NCBI GenBank assembly: GCA_001275005.1
Contig: JWZX01002036.1
Location: 1-32,111, forward strand
Reading direction: 5' to 3'
Source: Chrysochromulina tobinii
Taxonomy: Eukaryota
DNA length: 32,111 nt
Within the stretch, counting starts at the first letter, position 1, and each line of letters begins with the position of its first letter. Below are positions 31,921 through 32,111 of this stretch, piece by piece. The notes under the pieces were generated by a model, which was given only the letters and a program-made list of their open reading frames with translations, ran no database searches and was not told the DNA's origin. A program made the position numbers and the translations under genes.

Positions 31921-31974
31921 ATCTTGGCCTTGCCACTCGGTGGCACGCGCTTCTTTTTGGCCGGTGGTGGCTGA
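29533..31974 (+). CDS. DNAAF5: Dynein axonemal assembly factor 5 (HEATR2)-like HEAT-repeat protein; C-terminus uncertain
   Basis: HEAT repeats with DNAAF5-type motifs LLRPLLLRFADEAEKCR, EPSEEVR, HRHAAVR, DRSVIVR, RLAPYLASGLCDE, RPTLGAR. Confidence 0.82.
31867..31917. repeat. (GCG)n trinucleotide tract
   Basis: About 17 GCG/GCC triplets; poly-Ala on both strands. Confidence 0.9.
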
Positions 31975-32111
31975 TCGGCCGTGCCGTCGGCCTGTGTTGC
32001 GCCCTCGGCGAGCGCGGGAGAGTGCAGAGTTTGAAGTGCGTCCGAGTGCGCTCGTGCCTCTGCTGCGCGGCTGTGCGCGGCAGGGCGCGCTCGCGCGCGC
32101 GATGAACGTGC

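Noticed and set aside
69..31974. Functional cluster of ciliary genes (SSNA1, CEP164-like, DNAAF5)
   Set aside because: They are interspersed with unrelated genes, and this density is plausible by chance in a compact flagellate genome.
1..32111. tRNA, rRNA, snRNA genes or an autonomous transposon/reverse transcriptase
   Set aside because: No recognisable signatures by eye; a covariance-model and TE-protein search would be needed to exclude divergent ones.

Overview
High-GC, gene-dense eukaryotic genomic DNA with short spliceosomal introns. Flagellar genes and the gene style suggest a flagellated alga, probably a haptophyte (inference). Left to right: exon 1 of SSNA1/DIP13 (-, absent from the ORF track), a small coiled-coil gene (+), an EEP-family nuclease/phosphatase (-), a ~2,130-aa IQ/coiled-coil protein with two CEP164-like WW modules (-), CCT2 (+), a candidate cryptic multi-exon gene (-) and PSMA5 (-). 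An accessory block (~15.9-23.2 kb) follows, with a frameshifted SAM-pseudokinase-RING/Rcat-ankyrin-LRR chimera, an intronless CsgA-like SDR between direct repeats, and a Zn2Cys6 + PAS-like transcription factor. The window ends with a 1,638-aa low-complexity protein (-), a divergent aquaporin (-) and DNAAF5/HEATR2 (+). The most interesting signal is a family of apparently young introns built from TGAT-type 10-11-mer units. Two of them share the terminus ATTGCCYCCCTCATCAG and begin with a variable-length copy of the downstream sequence (36 and 7 nt) that supplies the GT/GC donor; one of these is stacked on the donor of an existing intron. This pattern suggests an intron-generating mechanism. All gene models were read by hand and lack transcript support.
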